Positions 16,648 through 24,314 of a stretch of DNA of 31,785 nt are shown in pieces. The DNA is taken from the IMG/VR virus record IMGVR_UViG_3300045988_173362, positions 1-31,785 of that record. One strand, 5' to 3'. The DNA is from a virus. Position 1 is the stretch's first letter, and every line of letters begins with the position of its first letter. A model generated the notes under the pieces. The model saw nothing but the letters and a program-made list of their open reading frames with translations, did no database searches and was not told the origin of the DNA. A program made the position numbers and the translations under genes.

Positions 16648-18003
16648 TTACCTCTCGTAAGGGATGTCGCACGCTGGCGTTTCCCACAAATTCAATGGAT
16701 TGTTATAGTAAGTGTTGACGGCGTATCGGAACGCGTCAGCCGCGTCGTTTGGAATCTTGCCGTCGTATGTCTTGCGCACTACGTCGCTGTTATCGTCGTT
16801 CCATATCATCGTTTCCAACTCGACCACAAGCGGTTGAATGCCTGCCATTTCACGCTTTTGCACCCAGTTGTACCACCCACCACTATCGATGATTGTGATT
16901 GCCTCACGCGAAAATGCGTTGTTCACAACGTCGGTCGTACGCTGTATATCTTTCCTTGTAAAAGAAATCGGGTTGTATTGCGGAAAGTGATACCGCATAG
17001 TCTGAACGAGGTCGGCGGCGGCACAGTCAATCGGCATGCAGTGTTGCACGCCTGTTTCGTACAGCCGATACTTGTGATTCATGTAATTGAGATAATCTCT
17101 CAAAAACGGCACAAGTTGCTCGTTGGACATTTGCCCGTTTACTTTCGGGTCGTGATAAAAACTTTCGAGGACAACAGCTCTGCCGTCTGCCAATATTGCA
17201 AGCGGTACGATTGCCGTCGCATCGTTGGTTGTCGCACCGTCACCGCCCCATATCACATAGCGGATTGACGTTGTCTTTCCCGGATTGCGCCGCGCATACT
17301 CTTCAAGCGTTAGGAAGTTCCGTTCGCGCCTGAACAACGGAAAAACCAATCCCTCGGTGCGCACCCACTTTCCGAGAATCCATCGGTCAAAGTAAATCGT
17401 GCCGCGGTATTCGTCCTCGAGCCTTTGCACATAGTCTTTCGGCAAAAACTCGTTGTCATAAATCGTAAAGTGTATGCAGTTGCCGTTCTTGGCGAACGCA
17501 GGACTGTCCAAAAACTGTTTGAGGTAGTGGCTCGGGCTGTCGGGGTTGCACGTTCCGTCGCACTCGCTATTTGGCAATGATAGACGTGACTGCAACATAC
17601 GGAAGAAGTTTTCGGGATAAAGCGTCATCTCGTCGCAGTAAGCATAACCGTACTCCGCGCCGTGTATCTTCGAGATTGCTCGCTCATCGTTTGCTCCAAC
17701 ACAGTCAACCTCTTTGCCCCACAACGTCACATACCGTCCGCCGTCTGCCCTGCCTTTTATATCGCCGACATCATAACCGCCAAATATCGTCCTTAACGGA
17801 CGTAAAACGTTTCTTTCGACCGTCGCAAGGGTTTTCCCGACAATCAAGCAAGGCTCGCTGTAATGCGCTCCTATGCGCTGTGGGACGAGAAACATTGTGC
17901 CGTATGACTTGCCCGAACGAACAGCACCGGTGAATATGTTCCACGTCTTATGAGGCAACGTGAGCATTTGCTTTTGCTTTGCCGTAAATGCTATTGCGTT
18001 CAT
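16648..18003 (-). CDS. terL: Terminase large subunit
   Basis: 451 aa with the Walker A-like motif GAVRSGKS near the N-terminus. The C-terminal nuclease-like region includes WGGDGATTNDATAIVPL. An ATGA overlap links it to terS. Confidence 0.9.
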   Translation of the reverse strand: MNAIAFTAKQKQMLTLPHKTWNIFTGAVRSGKSYGTMFLVPQRIGAHYSEPCLIVGKTLATVERNVLRPLRTIFGGYDVGDIKGRADGGRYVTLWGKEVDCVGANDERAISKIHGAEYGYAYCDEMTLYPENFFRMLQSRLSLPNSECDGTCNPDSPSHYLKQFLDSPAFAKNGNCIHFTIYDNEFLPKDYVQRLEDEYRGTIYFDRWILGKWVRTEGLVFPLFRRERNFLTLEEYARRNPGKTTSIRYVIWGGDGATTNDATAIVPLAILADGRAVVLESFYHDPKVNGQMSNEQLVPFLRDYLNYMNHKYRLYETGVQHCMPIDCAAADLVQTMRYHFPQYNPISFTRKDIQRTTDVVNNAFSREAITIIDSGGWYNWVQKREMAGIQPLVVELETMIWNDDNSDVVRKTYDGKIPNDAADAFRYAVNTYYNNPLNLWETPACDIPYER

Positions 18004-18458
18004 TGCTCACTCGCCCCTTTTATTGCCTCTATAACCTCAGTAAGTCTGCTCTTTGCATCGTCGGTGTTTCCTTTGTCATAGTTGAGCAGCCCTCTTTCAA
18101 TCTCGTTTATTCGATACAATGCCGACGCTATGGCGTTGACTTCTTTTGCCGACTTTGCCGTTCCTAAAAGTTTTAATGCCTTTTCTCGCACAAGCGATGT
18201 TGCTTCCAGCGTTTTGTTTTGTCTTGCCGTTGCGTCGCGTAAAGCTTCTTCCACACGTTTTTGTTCGTGCTTCTTTACAGTTTTTTTGTAAATTTGTTCA
18301 AGATGTTCGTTTTTGTCTTTTGTCCACCTTTCAAGACTTGCCATCTTTCGGAATGTGCTATTGTACTCAATGCCCTTCGCCTCGGCAAACTCTTTAATTG
18401 TACGGTAGTCGCCTGTGATGAACTCGGCTTTCAAGGCTTCCCTTTCCGCTTTGGTCAT
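18000..18458 (-). CDS. terS: Terminase small subunit
   Basis: The ATG at 18458 follows AAGGAGGTG. The 152-aa product has an HTH-like N-terminus (YRTIKEFAEAKGIEYNSTFRK). The gene is coupled to terL. Confidence 0.6.
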   Translation of the reverse strand: MTKAEREALKAEFITGDYRTIKEFAEAKGIEYNSTFRKMASLERWTKDKNEHLEQIYKKTVKKHEQKRVEEALRDATARQNKTLEATSLVREKALKLLGTAKSAKEVNAIASALYRINEIERGLLNYDKGNTDDAKSRLTEVIEAIKGASEQ

Positions 18459-18485
18459 TGCGACCACCTCCTTGATTTTTGGTAT

Positions 18486-18514
18486 AAAAAAAGCACACCG
18501 TTGTGATGTGCTTT
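18486..18514 (-). terminator. Strong intrinsic terminator immediately upstream of terS
   Basis: Minus strand reads AAAGCACA-tcacaacgg-TGTGCTTT followed by TTTTAT, an 8-bp perfect stem and a U7 run. Only about 25 nt separate it from the terS start, which leaves no room for a promoter. Confidence 0.7.
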
Positions 18515-18544
18515 AATTTGATTGTAATTTGCTGTAAGTTGTTA

Positions 18545-18952
18545 TTATTTGCCTATTTCGATATTAGATTGCAATCTTTTCTTTTCTTGAATCTTCGCTT
18601 TTATCACGTCAAGGTTGTCTATGCCCTTTGTGTCAATTCCGAGTTGTTTTGCCTCGTCAAAGACACGTTGAGCCTCACCGCCGTGCACGTTCGAGTAATC
18701 TCTCTTGGATTTCGCTTTTTCTTTTCTATCTGCAAAGAAGTCCGCCCAATACGGATTTTCTTTATCAAATATCTCAACTTCTTCGGGTGTCATTGCCCAC
18801 GGATAATCCCGAAACAAATTATAAATTTTCTTTTTATCGAAAGAAAACTCGTATTCTCCAATAGGGGGATGTTCTCCAATATAATCTACCCAGTAAATAC
18901 GGTCTGTGCTTTCTTCTTTACGAAAAACAGTAGTATAGTCGTTATTTTTCAT
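18545..18952 (-). CDS. Hypothetical protein (second gene of the AT-rich cassette)
   Basis: 135 aa whose start overlaps the upstream stop by 11 nt. It contains KRDYSNV, a motif shared with the upstream protein. Confidence 0.6.
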   Translation of the reverse strand: MKNNDYTTVFRKEESTDRIYWVDYIGEHPPIGEYEFSFDKKKIYNLFRDYPWAMTPEEVEIFDKENPYWADFFADRKEKAKSKRDYSNVHGGEAQRVFDEAKQLGIDTKGIDNLDVIKAKIQEKKRLQSNIEIGK

Positions 18953-19877
18953 ATCCGTTAATTCCTTTTTGTTGTTTATCGATAGGTGTGTTTATGTACC
19001 CCATTATAGACGAGAACTCTTTTAACGCCTTAAAATTATCAAGGTCAATTAATTGTGAAGACGTTTTGTATGCGTACCCATATGTTGAATGGTTTTTTTG
19101 GCACCTGAATCTGTCTTTCAAGACTTTCATTGTTAATTGCTTGAAGCCGTTTTCACGAGCCGATTGCAACTCTAAGTACTGCAAACCTTGTCCTTCTTGT
19201 TTCCTAACTACTGAGCAATGCTTGCCTGTTATTAGTAGATATTCCCTATCAGAAACTATATGCTCAACCAATCTTTTTACGGCATTATAATCGTTCGTAT
19301 CTTTTTCCTCGATTGTTTTTAATTCGGGGATAGCCGCGATTTCATCCCACTTATGCGAAAAGTAAACTCTACTTTCCCCACCTCTGAAATCTAATGCGTC
19401 AAATCCCTCTTTGTTCGCAATGTAACATAATGCGGCTGAAACACACGAGCCACCCGTTAAATCGCCGCCTGCGACTTTGGTTACAATTTCATCAGAAGTT
19501 AAATTTTTATTTAACCTTTTAACTTCGTGGTAATCTATCTTCAAGTTTTTCAAACTCTCAAAGACTCTGCCTACCTCTTTCGTATATTCCGAATTGTTTG
19601 TATTCTCACTGTCATCTTTTTTTCGGCTCTCTTGGTTGTACTGGTCTTTTCCTTTTTCTGTCCACGGTGGATAAATACCACGCCCGGCAAGAAGATTCCA
19701 AGCGTCGCGCGGTGTAGCACCTTGTGGAACATTAATGCCGTATTTTTTACAAAGACCAAACGGCAAACCGGTATTACCACCCGCTGTTTCTTGGCTTTCA
19801 CCTTGATTGTCTTCCATTGTATCATCAACTTGTACGTTTGAATAGTCTCTTTTTGTAGTTTTCCAGTTTATAGCCAT
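18942..19877 (-). CDS. Hypothetical protein with a possible Cys/His (papain-like?) core
   Basis: 311 aa with RBS AAGGA. Candidate catalytic contexts are GGSCVSAALCY and ITGKHCSVV. The N-terminal region is low-complexity and acidic. The gene is AT-rich (20 G+C in line 19021-19080). Confidence 0.55.
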   Translation of the reverse strand: MAINWKTTKRDYSNVQVDDTMEDNQGESQETAGGNTGLPFGLCKKYGINVPQGATPRDAWNLLAGRGIYPPWTEKGKDQYNQESRKKDDSENTNNSEYTKEVGRVFESLKNLKIDYHEVKRLNKNLTSDEIVTKVAGGDLTGGSCVSAALCYIANKEGFDALDFRGGESRVYFSHKWDEIAAIPELKTIEEKDTNDYNAVKRLVEHIVSDREYLLITGKHCSVVRKQEGQGLQYLELQSARENGFKQLTMKVLKDRFRCQKNHSTYGYAYKTSSQLIDLDNFKALKEFSSIMGYINTPIDKQQKGINGYEK

Positions 19878-19893
19878 ATGCCGTCCTTATAGC

Positions 19894-19921
19894 AAAAACC
19901 TCGCAAGATGTACCTGCGAGG
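19894..19921 (-). terminator. Intrinsic terminator 16 nt upstream of the first late-region gene
   Basis: Minus strand reads CCTCGCA-ggtacatct-TGCGAGG followed by TTTTTG. Confidence 0.7.
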
Positions 19922-20017
19922 CTCTGCCGATTAGTGAGAGAAATGATGGAGTGGATAGGCGGGATTTTGAACGTTCCCTACCATTTCCACACTATCATTT
20001 TATAAAATCACATAGGT

Positions 20018-20044
20018 ACTCGGGTGTACACTTGGGTGTTTTTT
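20018..20044 (+). terminator. Plus-strand-specific hairpin + T6 at the early/late boundary
   Basis: ACTCGGGT-gtac-ACTTGGGT followed by G then TTTTTT. Three G-U pairs on the plus strand become A-C mismatches on the minus strand. Confidence 0.35.
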
Positions 20045-20059
20045 ACAAAATTTGTTTCT

Positions 20060-20176
20060 CTACATCGACGTTGCACGCTCCTGCCCGAACGCTTGATACG
20101 CTTCGCACACGTCGTGATATGCGCCACAGCCTTTCTTCGGGCAGTTCTTGCAAGGGAAGTGGTTTTTGATTGTCAT
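20060..20176 (-). CDS. 38-aa Cys-rich small protein (CxxC-x4-C-x6-C)
   Basis: This ORF is below the track cut-off. It reads MTIKNHFPCKNCPKKGCGAYHDVCEAYQAFGQERATSM. GAGGAG lies 7 nt upstream of the ATG. It is the last ORF of the early operon. Confidence 0.45.
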   Translation of the reverse strand: MTIKNHFPCKNCPKKGCGAYHDVCEAYQAFGQERATSM

Positions 20177-20180
20177 TCTT

Positions 20181-20741
20181 CTACTCCTCAACATATTGCC
20201 AACTTTGTGGCGCACGAGTTAAATTGTTTGTACAAACTCCTCCGTAATCGTTATCGGCAAGGCAATCACAACTCAAACAATCGCCTTTTTCTTTGGTCGG
20301 ACAGGGCGTATAAAACTCGCCCAACTCTTTCGGCTTGTCGTATATCTTCAAGTCGCTGATGTGCAATCCGTAAAGCGGTTTACCATTGCCGTAATCCCAT
20401 AAATCGTCGTATGTTAAGCAAGTTTTTTCAAGGTCGTCAACAAAAAGCATATACGAGGCTCGCCAAATCGGGAAACTTTCCAATATTTCAAGTCGGTTTT
20501 TGCATTCCCATTTATAAACCCTATCGCATACAAACTCACCGACAACTTGTCCTCTGCCTTTGTATATAAAGTGACCGTCCTCGTCCACCCACGGCGTTTC
20601 CGTTTCACCTTTCGTTTCATAGATATAGCACTTGAACGGCACTTCGCATTTGGGTGCGGTCTTGCGCACTTCTATCGTCTTTTCTCCGTTTGCTATTTTC
20701 TCAACCCATTTCGGTTGAATGCTGATTAAAACCGATTTCAT
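20181..20741 (-). CDS. ASCH-domain-like protein with a Cys-rich C-terminus
   Basis: The N-terminus ISIQPKWVEKIANGEKTIEVRK matches the remembered ASCH signature. RBS GGAGATGA; an ATGA overlap links it to the upstream gene. Confidence 0.55.
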   Translation of the reverse strand: MKSVLISIQPKWVEKIANGEKTIEVRKTAPKCEVPFKCYIYETKGETETPWVDEDGHFIYKGRGQVVGEFVCDRVYKWECKNRLEILESFPIWRASYMLFVDDLEKTCLTYDDLWDYGNGKPLYGLHISDLKIYDKPKELGEFYTPCPTKEKGDCLSCDCLADNDYGGVCTNNLTRAPQSWQYVEE

Positions 20742-21166
20742 TTCTTGTCATCTCCATAAATTCCGTCGTATGTGTTGCCGACGATGATTTCCATACTCGC
20801 CGTTAGGCTGTTCAAGTCGTCCATATAGTCATATCTCGGATTTTTAAGTTTGAAACAGCCTTCCGAGGCTATATATACAACCACCGAGCGTTCTTCTTCG
20901 GGGATTTCCGCTCCGTCAAACTCCAAGATGTCGCCCTCGTAAATCTCGTTGCCGTTCTTGTCGTACACTCCCGTGAATTGCCCGACGGTTTCGGGAATAA
21001 CTTTTCGAACCGCTGTACCGTGTATATCCCCATTGCGTTCAAAGTATATATCTCCTATGCGTATTTCCTTTTCTCGTCCGTCATATATAAGGTTTTTAAT
21101 CAAATCACCGTACATCCACTCGCCGTTATCTATACGCTTGCCCCTAAAAAGTATCTTTCTGTTCAC
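20738..21166 (-). CDS. YopX-family protein
   Basis: The GTG at 21166 follows AAAGGAGAAAGGAAA. The motifs KILFRGKRIDNGEWMYGDL and TVGQFTGVYDKNGNEIYEGDIL are typical of YopX. Confidence 0.7.
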   Translation of the reverse strand: MNRKILFRGKRIDNGEWMYGDLIKNLIYDGREKEIRIGDIYFERNGDIHGTAVRKVIPETVGQFTGVYDKNGNEIYEGDILEFDGAEIPEEERSVVVYIASEGCFKLKNPRYDYMDDLNSLTASMEIIVGNTYDGIYGDDKK

Positions 21167-21443
21167 TTTCCTTTCTCCTTTTAATCTCGTTGAGCAGTGC
21201 AGTCTTGACAAATTCTTCGTCAATCAAGTACACCGTGCCGATGTTGTGTTTTATTGCAAAATCGGCAACTTCCTTGAATATTTGTTCTTCCGTGCGCTTG
21301 TCTTGCTCTCTTACCCAATCGACAACCGTGTTAATTGTGTAACTAAACACATCACTTGCATCATCGTTTTTGTGTTTTGGTAGCAACATCGAAGTGTCTA
21401 TCCGCCACACAGGCACTTTTGCTTTCTCTCGTCCATAAATCAT
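21144..21443 (-). CDS. Hypothetical protein
   Basis: 99-aa ORF with RBS GGGAGTGA, in an operon context. Confidence 0.5.
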   Translation of the reverse strand: MIYGREKAKVPVWRIDTSMLLPKHKNDDASDVFSYTINTVVDWVREQDKRTEEQIFKEVADFAIKHNIGTVYLIDEEFVKTALLNEIKRRKESEQKDTF

Positions 21444-21446
21444 AAA

Positions 21447-21719
21447 TCACTCCCTATAAGCGTCATAGATTTCAATTTCTGGTTCATCATCGGTTAATAT
21501 TATAATTTCTTTACCGCACATCTTACCAAGTTTTATAAGTTCTTCGAGTGTTGCAATCTCTATAAAACATTCCTCATGAGTAAATGTGAAAGAACCATAT
21601 AGAGTTTCTTCCGTTGTTGTTAGTTGCTCCGTTTTTACTTTATCTTTCAAAAATGGGTAGCGTTCAATCATCCTGCCCTTTTTGCCCCCACACAAGGTCG
21701 CTGTTATTCTAAATTTCAT
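21447..21719 (-). CDS. Hypothetical protein
   Basis: 90-aa ORF with RBS AAGGAGA. Confidence 0.5.
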   Translation of the reverse strand: MKFRITATLCGGKKGRMIERYPFLKDKVKTEQLTTTEETLYGSFTFTHEECFIEIATLEELIKLGKMCGKEIIILTDDEPEIEIYDAYRE

Positions 21720-22078
21720 AATTGTTCTCCTTTTACCGCCATATCGTTAATGGCGTTTTCAATCCCGTCTAGTGTTATTACAAAAGTAAATTTGCCACTT
21801 TCATAACGTACCTCTATGGCGTTTTTACATACGCTGTTAAACAACGTAGTGGATCTATCCGAGTTTGCTTCTACTTTTTTGGATGAAACGGATTTGCAAA
21901 CATACTTTCTAATGTCTTTTTGTGTGCAATCGACAAAATATGCTAGGCTCTTAATTTTGCTATTCAAGCGTATGTGTTCATTCCGGTGTGCCGTCAATAT
22001 AGATTCAAAAAACTCTCTTTGTTTATCCAAGCATTTGCGTATATCCGAAATTTCAAATTTGATTTTATCTTTGTCCAT
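21716..22078 (-). CDS. Hypothetical protein
   Basis: The start was moved to the ATG at 22078, which is 6 nt after AAAGGAGA and just after the upstream stop. 120 aa. Confidence 0.5.
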   Translation of the reverse strand: MDKDKIKFEISDIRKCLDKQREFFESILTAHRNEHIRLNSKIKSLAYFVDCTQKDIRKYVCKSVSSKKVEANSDRSTTLFNSVCKNAIEVRYESGKFTFVITLDGIENAINDMAVKGEQL

Positions 22079-22080
22079 AA

Positions 22081-22293
22081 TCATTCTCCTTTTTCAAGTT
22101 CGCTCGCCTTGTACAATGCCCACCGCAATGCGTTGTGAGCTGCAAGGTGTTGTAAGTTGTCTATCTTTGCATATTCTCGCTCTCGGTCGGTTTTTGCCGT
22201 GGAATATCGGTCGAGAGCCTGCTGTGCAAGAAAAATGTGTTCCCTGCACGCATCGTATAGTTGCTGTTTGTACTCTTGAATTGTCATTGTCAC
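22081..22293 (-). CDS. Hypothetical helical protein
   Basis: 70-aa ORF. The start is ambiguous (GTG at 22293 or ATG at 22287). Confidence 0.45.
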   Translation of the reverse strand: MTMTIQEYKQQLYDACREHIFLAQQALDRYSTAKTDREREYAKIDNLQHLAAHNALRWALYKASELEKGE

Positions 22294-22315
22294 CGCCTAT
22301 CCACCACTTACGGTG

Positions 22316-22630
22316 TCATTCTTCCCTCGGCTGTTCTTTTTCTTCAAGAAATGCTCCAAGTTGATCGGTGAACTTTTGCAGTTTGTATGCGTTGTAAAAC
22401 CAACCAACGGCTGGGTGTTTTTCACAAAACTCGTCCATTTCCTTGAGTATTGTCGTAAAAAGCTTAGCAATATCTCGCGGCAACACGCCGTTTATGCCGA
22501 ATACAATCCTTGCGCCGTCGCTGTCGGGACGTTGGAAACCCAGCATAAATGCCTCACTTTCAGCATACACAACTTCACATCCAACCTCGTCGTCTTTGTT
22601 TGTTCTTTCAATGATGTTGATTTCAAACAT
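22316..22630 (-). CDS. Hypothetical protein
   Basis: 104-aa ORF with RBS AGAGAGGAAA. Confidence 0.5.
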   Translation of the reverse strand: MFEINIIERTNKDDEVGCEVVYAESEAFMLGFQRPDSDGARIVFGINGVLPRDIAKLFTTILKEMDEFCEKHPAVGWFYNAYKLQKFTDQLGAFLEEKEQPREE

Positions 22631-22650
22631 TTTATTTTCCTCTCTGTCGT

Positions 22651-23097
22651 TTATAGTTCCGCGTATTTGAGCAACGCGTGGTGCTTGATTTTCTTGATAC
22701 CGTCAATGCTGTAATTCATAGCGGCGGCGATTTGCAATAGCGTTCGTGCCTCTATGTAGTACTTGAAAAGCACGGTTTGTTCTCGTTCGGTCAGTTTACC
22801 GAGTTTGTATTCAATCATCAGCAGTTCTTGTTCGTTTTGGTGGATTAGGTCGTCAATCTTCTTTTCAAGGTCTGCCCACTGCACTGCTGTGTCAACCATA
22901 GCGTTGAACGGTGCGCCGCCCTGAACTCGCAACTTGCTGTAATCGATACATCGGATTGCCGCATAGTTTGTCTCTATCTCTCGCCGACGGTCTTTCAATC
23001 GCATTATCTGCGCAACCCTCGCGCGGTATCCGTTCAACTCGTTTTCCGCTTTAAGCGACTGCTCGTTTCGGCTCGGTTTTCGTCTTTGATATTCCAT
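22651..23097 (-). CDS. Sigma-70 region-4-like HTH protein (ArpU/RinA-type putative late-gene regulator)
   Basis: 148 aa. The C-terminus LTEREQTVLFKYYIEARTLLQIAAAMNYSIDGIKKIKHHALLKY is a sigma-r4/LuxR-like HTH. RBS AAGGGGG. Confidence 0.5.
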   Translation of the reverse strand: MEYQRRKPSRNEQSLKAENELNGYRARVAQIMRLKDRRREIETNYAAIRCIDYSKLRVQGGAPFNAMVDTAVQWADLEKKIDDLIHQNEQELLMIEYKLGKLTEREQTVLFKYYIEARTLLQIAAAMNYSIDGIKKIKHHALLKYAEL

Positions 23098-23108
23098 CTC
23101 GTACCCCC

Positions 23109-23309
23109 TTACTCATCGTCCATCTTTTCAAGTGCTATTAAAAGTGTTGTTATCAACATCACGTCGCCGCCTATAAATGCGAGGAACGGTATCCATATCT
23201 TGTCTTTCGGAATGATTCCGATGATTGCAAGCACCCCGCTCACCACAACGCCGATAAGCAAGATTGCGGCGAATGCCAGTAATATAGTTGCTTTCACGTT
23301 GTTTTTCAT
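23109..23309 (-). CDS. Small two-TM membrane protein
   Basis: The start was moved to the ATG at 23309 (RBS GAGGTGA, after the upstream stop at 23318). 66 aa with two hydrophobic helices. Confidence 0.5.
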   Translation of the reverse strand: MKNNVKATILLAFAAILLIGVVVSGVLAIIGIIPKDKIWIPFLAFIGGDVMLITTLLIALEKMDDE

Positions 23310-23317
23310 ATTCACCT

Positions 23318-23956
23318 CTATCGCATAAAGCGATTCACTATTATGCCGAGAATGTAGTAGCGACGGTCTTTTATTGTTTCCTTGCAAGCCATCACGGCAT
23401 TTGCTGTTTCAACAAGCATATTCCCGTCAAATCCGTGCGGCTTTGTTATGAGCCGCTCAAAATCTTCTCTACAAACCGTCAGGTCGCCAAAGTTCAAAGT
23501 TTCTATCTCGCTTCCTGCATATACAAGGGATTCAAGCACTTCATCGGTAATTTCTGAAAACCGAGGATTGTTTTTGCACATCTCGCATACGCTCGCGATT
23601 GAATCTCTATTTTTTAATATCTTTAACAAACTAATAACATTTACATTTTCATTTTCATTAGGTTTCGCTTCGGTTTCCGTTTGGTTTTGTTTCGGTTTTG
23701 TTTCGGTTTCTTCCTTTCGTGGTCTGCCACCTTTGCAACCGTTTTCATAACGTGTTCGGTTCGCTACGAGTTGAGGCTTTATGAGCGAAAATACCGCATA
23801 TTCAACGCCATCAAGTTCTACCTCAATATTCTCAAAAGCGAATTTGAAAATTGCGTCGTATATATGTGCTTGATTCTCGGCGGGAAGTGCGCTTATTGCT
23901 TCATAAAACGAGCCATAAAACACGAAACTGTTGCAAGTAAACGTTTTCCTTTCCAT
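23318..23956 (-). CDS. Putative replication initiator / replisome-organiser-like protein
   Basis: 212 aa. The N-terminus FYGSFYEAISALP...YDAIFKFAF...NGCKGGRPRK resembles N-termini of phage replication proteins from memory. A low-complexity linker overlies DNA iterons. Confidence 0.35.
   Translation of the reverse strand: MERKTFTCNSFVFYGSFYEAISALPAENQAHIYDAIFKFAFENIEVELDGVEYAVFSLIKPQLVANRTRYENGCKGGRPRKEETETKPKQNQTETEAKPNENENVNVISLLKILKNRDSIASVCEMCKNNPRFSEITDEVLESLVYAGSEIETLNFGDLTVCREDFERLITKPHGFDGNMLVETANAVMACKETIKDRRYYILGIIVNRFMR
23658..23712. repeat. Five phased 11-bp iterons (candidate origin) inside the initiator gene
   Basis: The five units are TTaGGTTTcgc, TTCGGTTTccg, TTtGGTTTtgt, TTCGGTTTtgt and TTCGGTTTctt. 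The 11-bp period is not a multiple of 3. An AT-rich tract lies at about 23608-23657. Confidence 0.5.
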
Positions 23957-24303
23957 TATCTATTTGCTCCTTTTTTCTGTGCCTTTTCGCAGAAACGGAT
24001 TAGCGGTTGCATACGTCTTTCGAGTTCGTTTTGTCTTGACGATAATTCCACCCAAGTCTGCCGCGCCCCCTCAACATCACTCATTTTTCGAGCGAGTTTA
24101 TAACCGCTCTGCGCACTATTGGTGATTACCGGATAGTACAGCGCAACGTATGCTATCACATCACGCACTGTGCGCTCGTTTGAACACCCGATGACAGCCT
24201 GCAATTCTTCCTTTTCGACAAAGCGTTCGTTGGCTTTAAGATAGTCCACAACCGCCCTTGCCTTTTGCTTCATGTTTTCCGTCAATGGTTTCTTATAGTC
24301 CAT
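23956..24303 (-). CDS. Hypothetical protein, possible winged-helix DNA-binding protein
   Basis: 115 aa with RBS GGGGTGA. A TAATG overlap links it to the next gene. Confidence 0.45.
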   Translation of the reverse strand: MDYKKPLTENMKQKARAVVDYLKANERFVEKEELQAVIGCSNERTVRDVIAYVALYYPVITNSAQSGYKLARKMSDVEGARQTWVELSSRQNELERRMQPLIRFCEKAQKKGANR

Positions 24304-24314
24304 AATTCACCCCG

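Noticed and set aside
16444-17268. A 274-aa plus-strand ORF, and similar antisense ORFs (for example 75-581, 6767-7363, 7475-8059, 10746-11114, 13217-13642, 25765-26238).
   Set aside because: They lie antisense to well-supported genes (terL, tail, capsid, scaffold, annealase). They lack RBSs and have odd Cys/Arg/His-rich compositions typical of shadow ORFs.
19922-20059. A plus-strand small RNA or 72-aa ORF (19951-20169) in the late leader.
   Set aside because: I found no convincing plus-strand promoter with correct spacing, and the ORF has no RBS. The region is better explained as the minus-strand late leader, so only the hairpins were reported.
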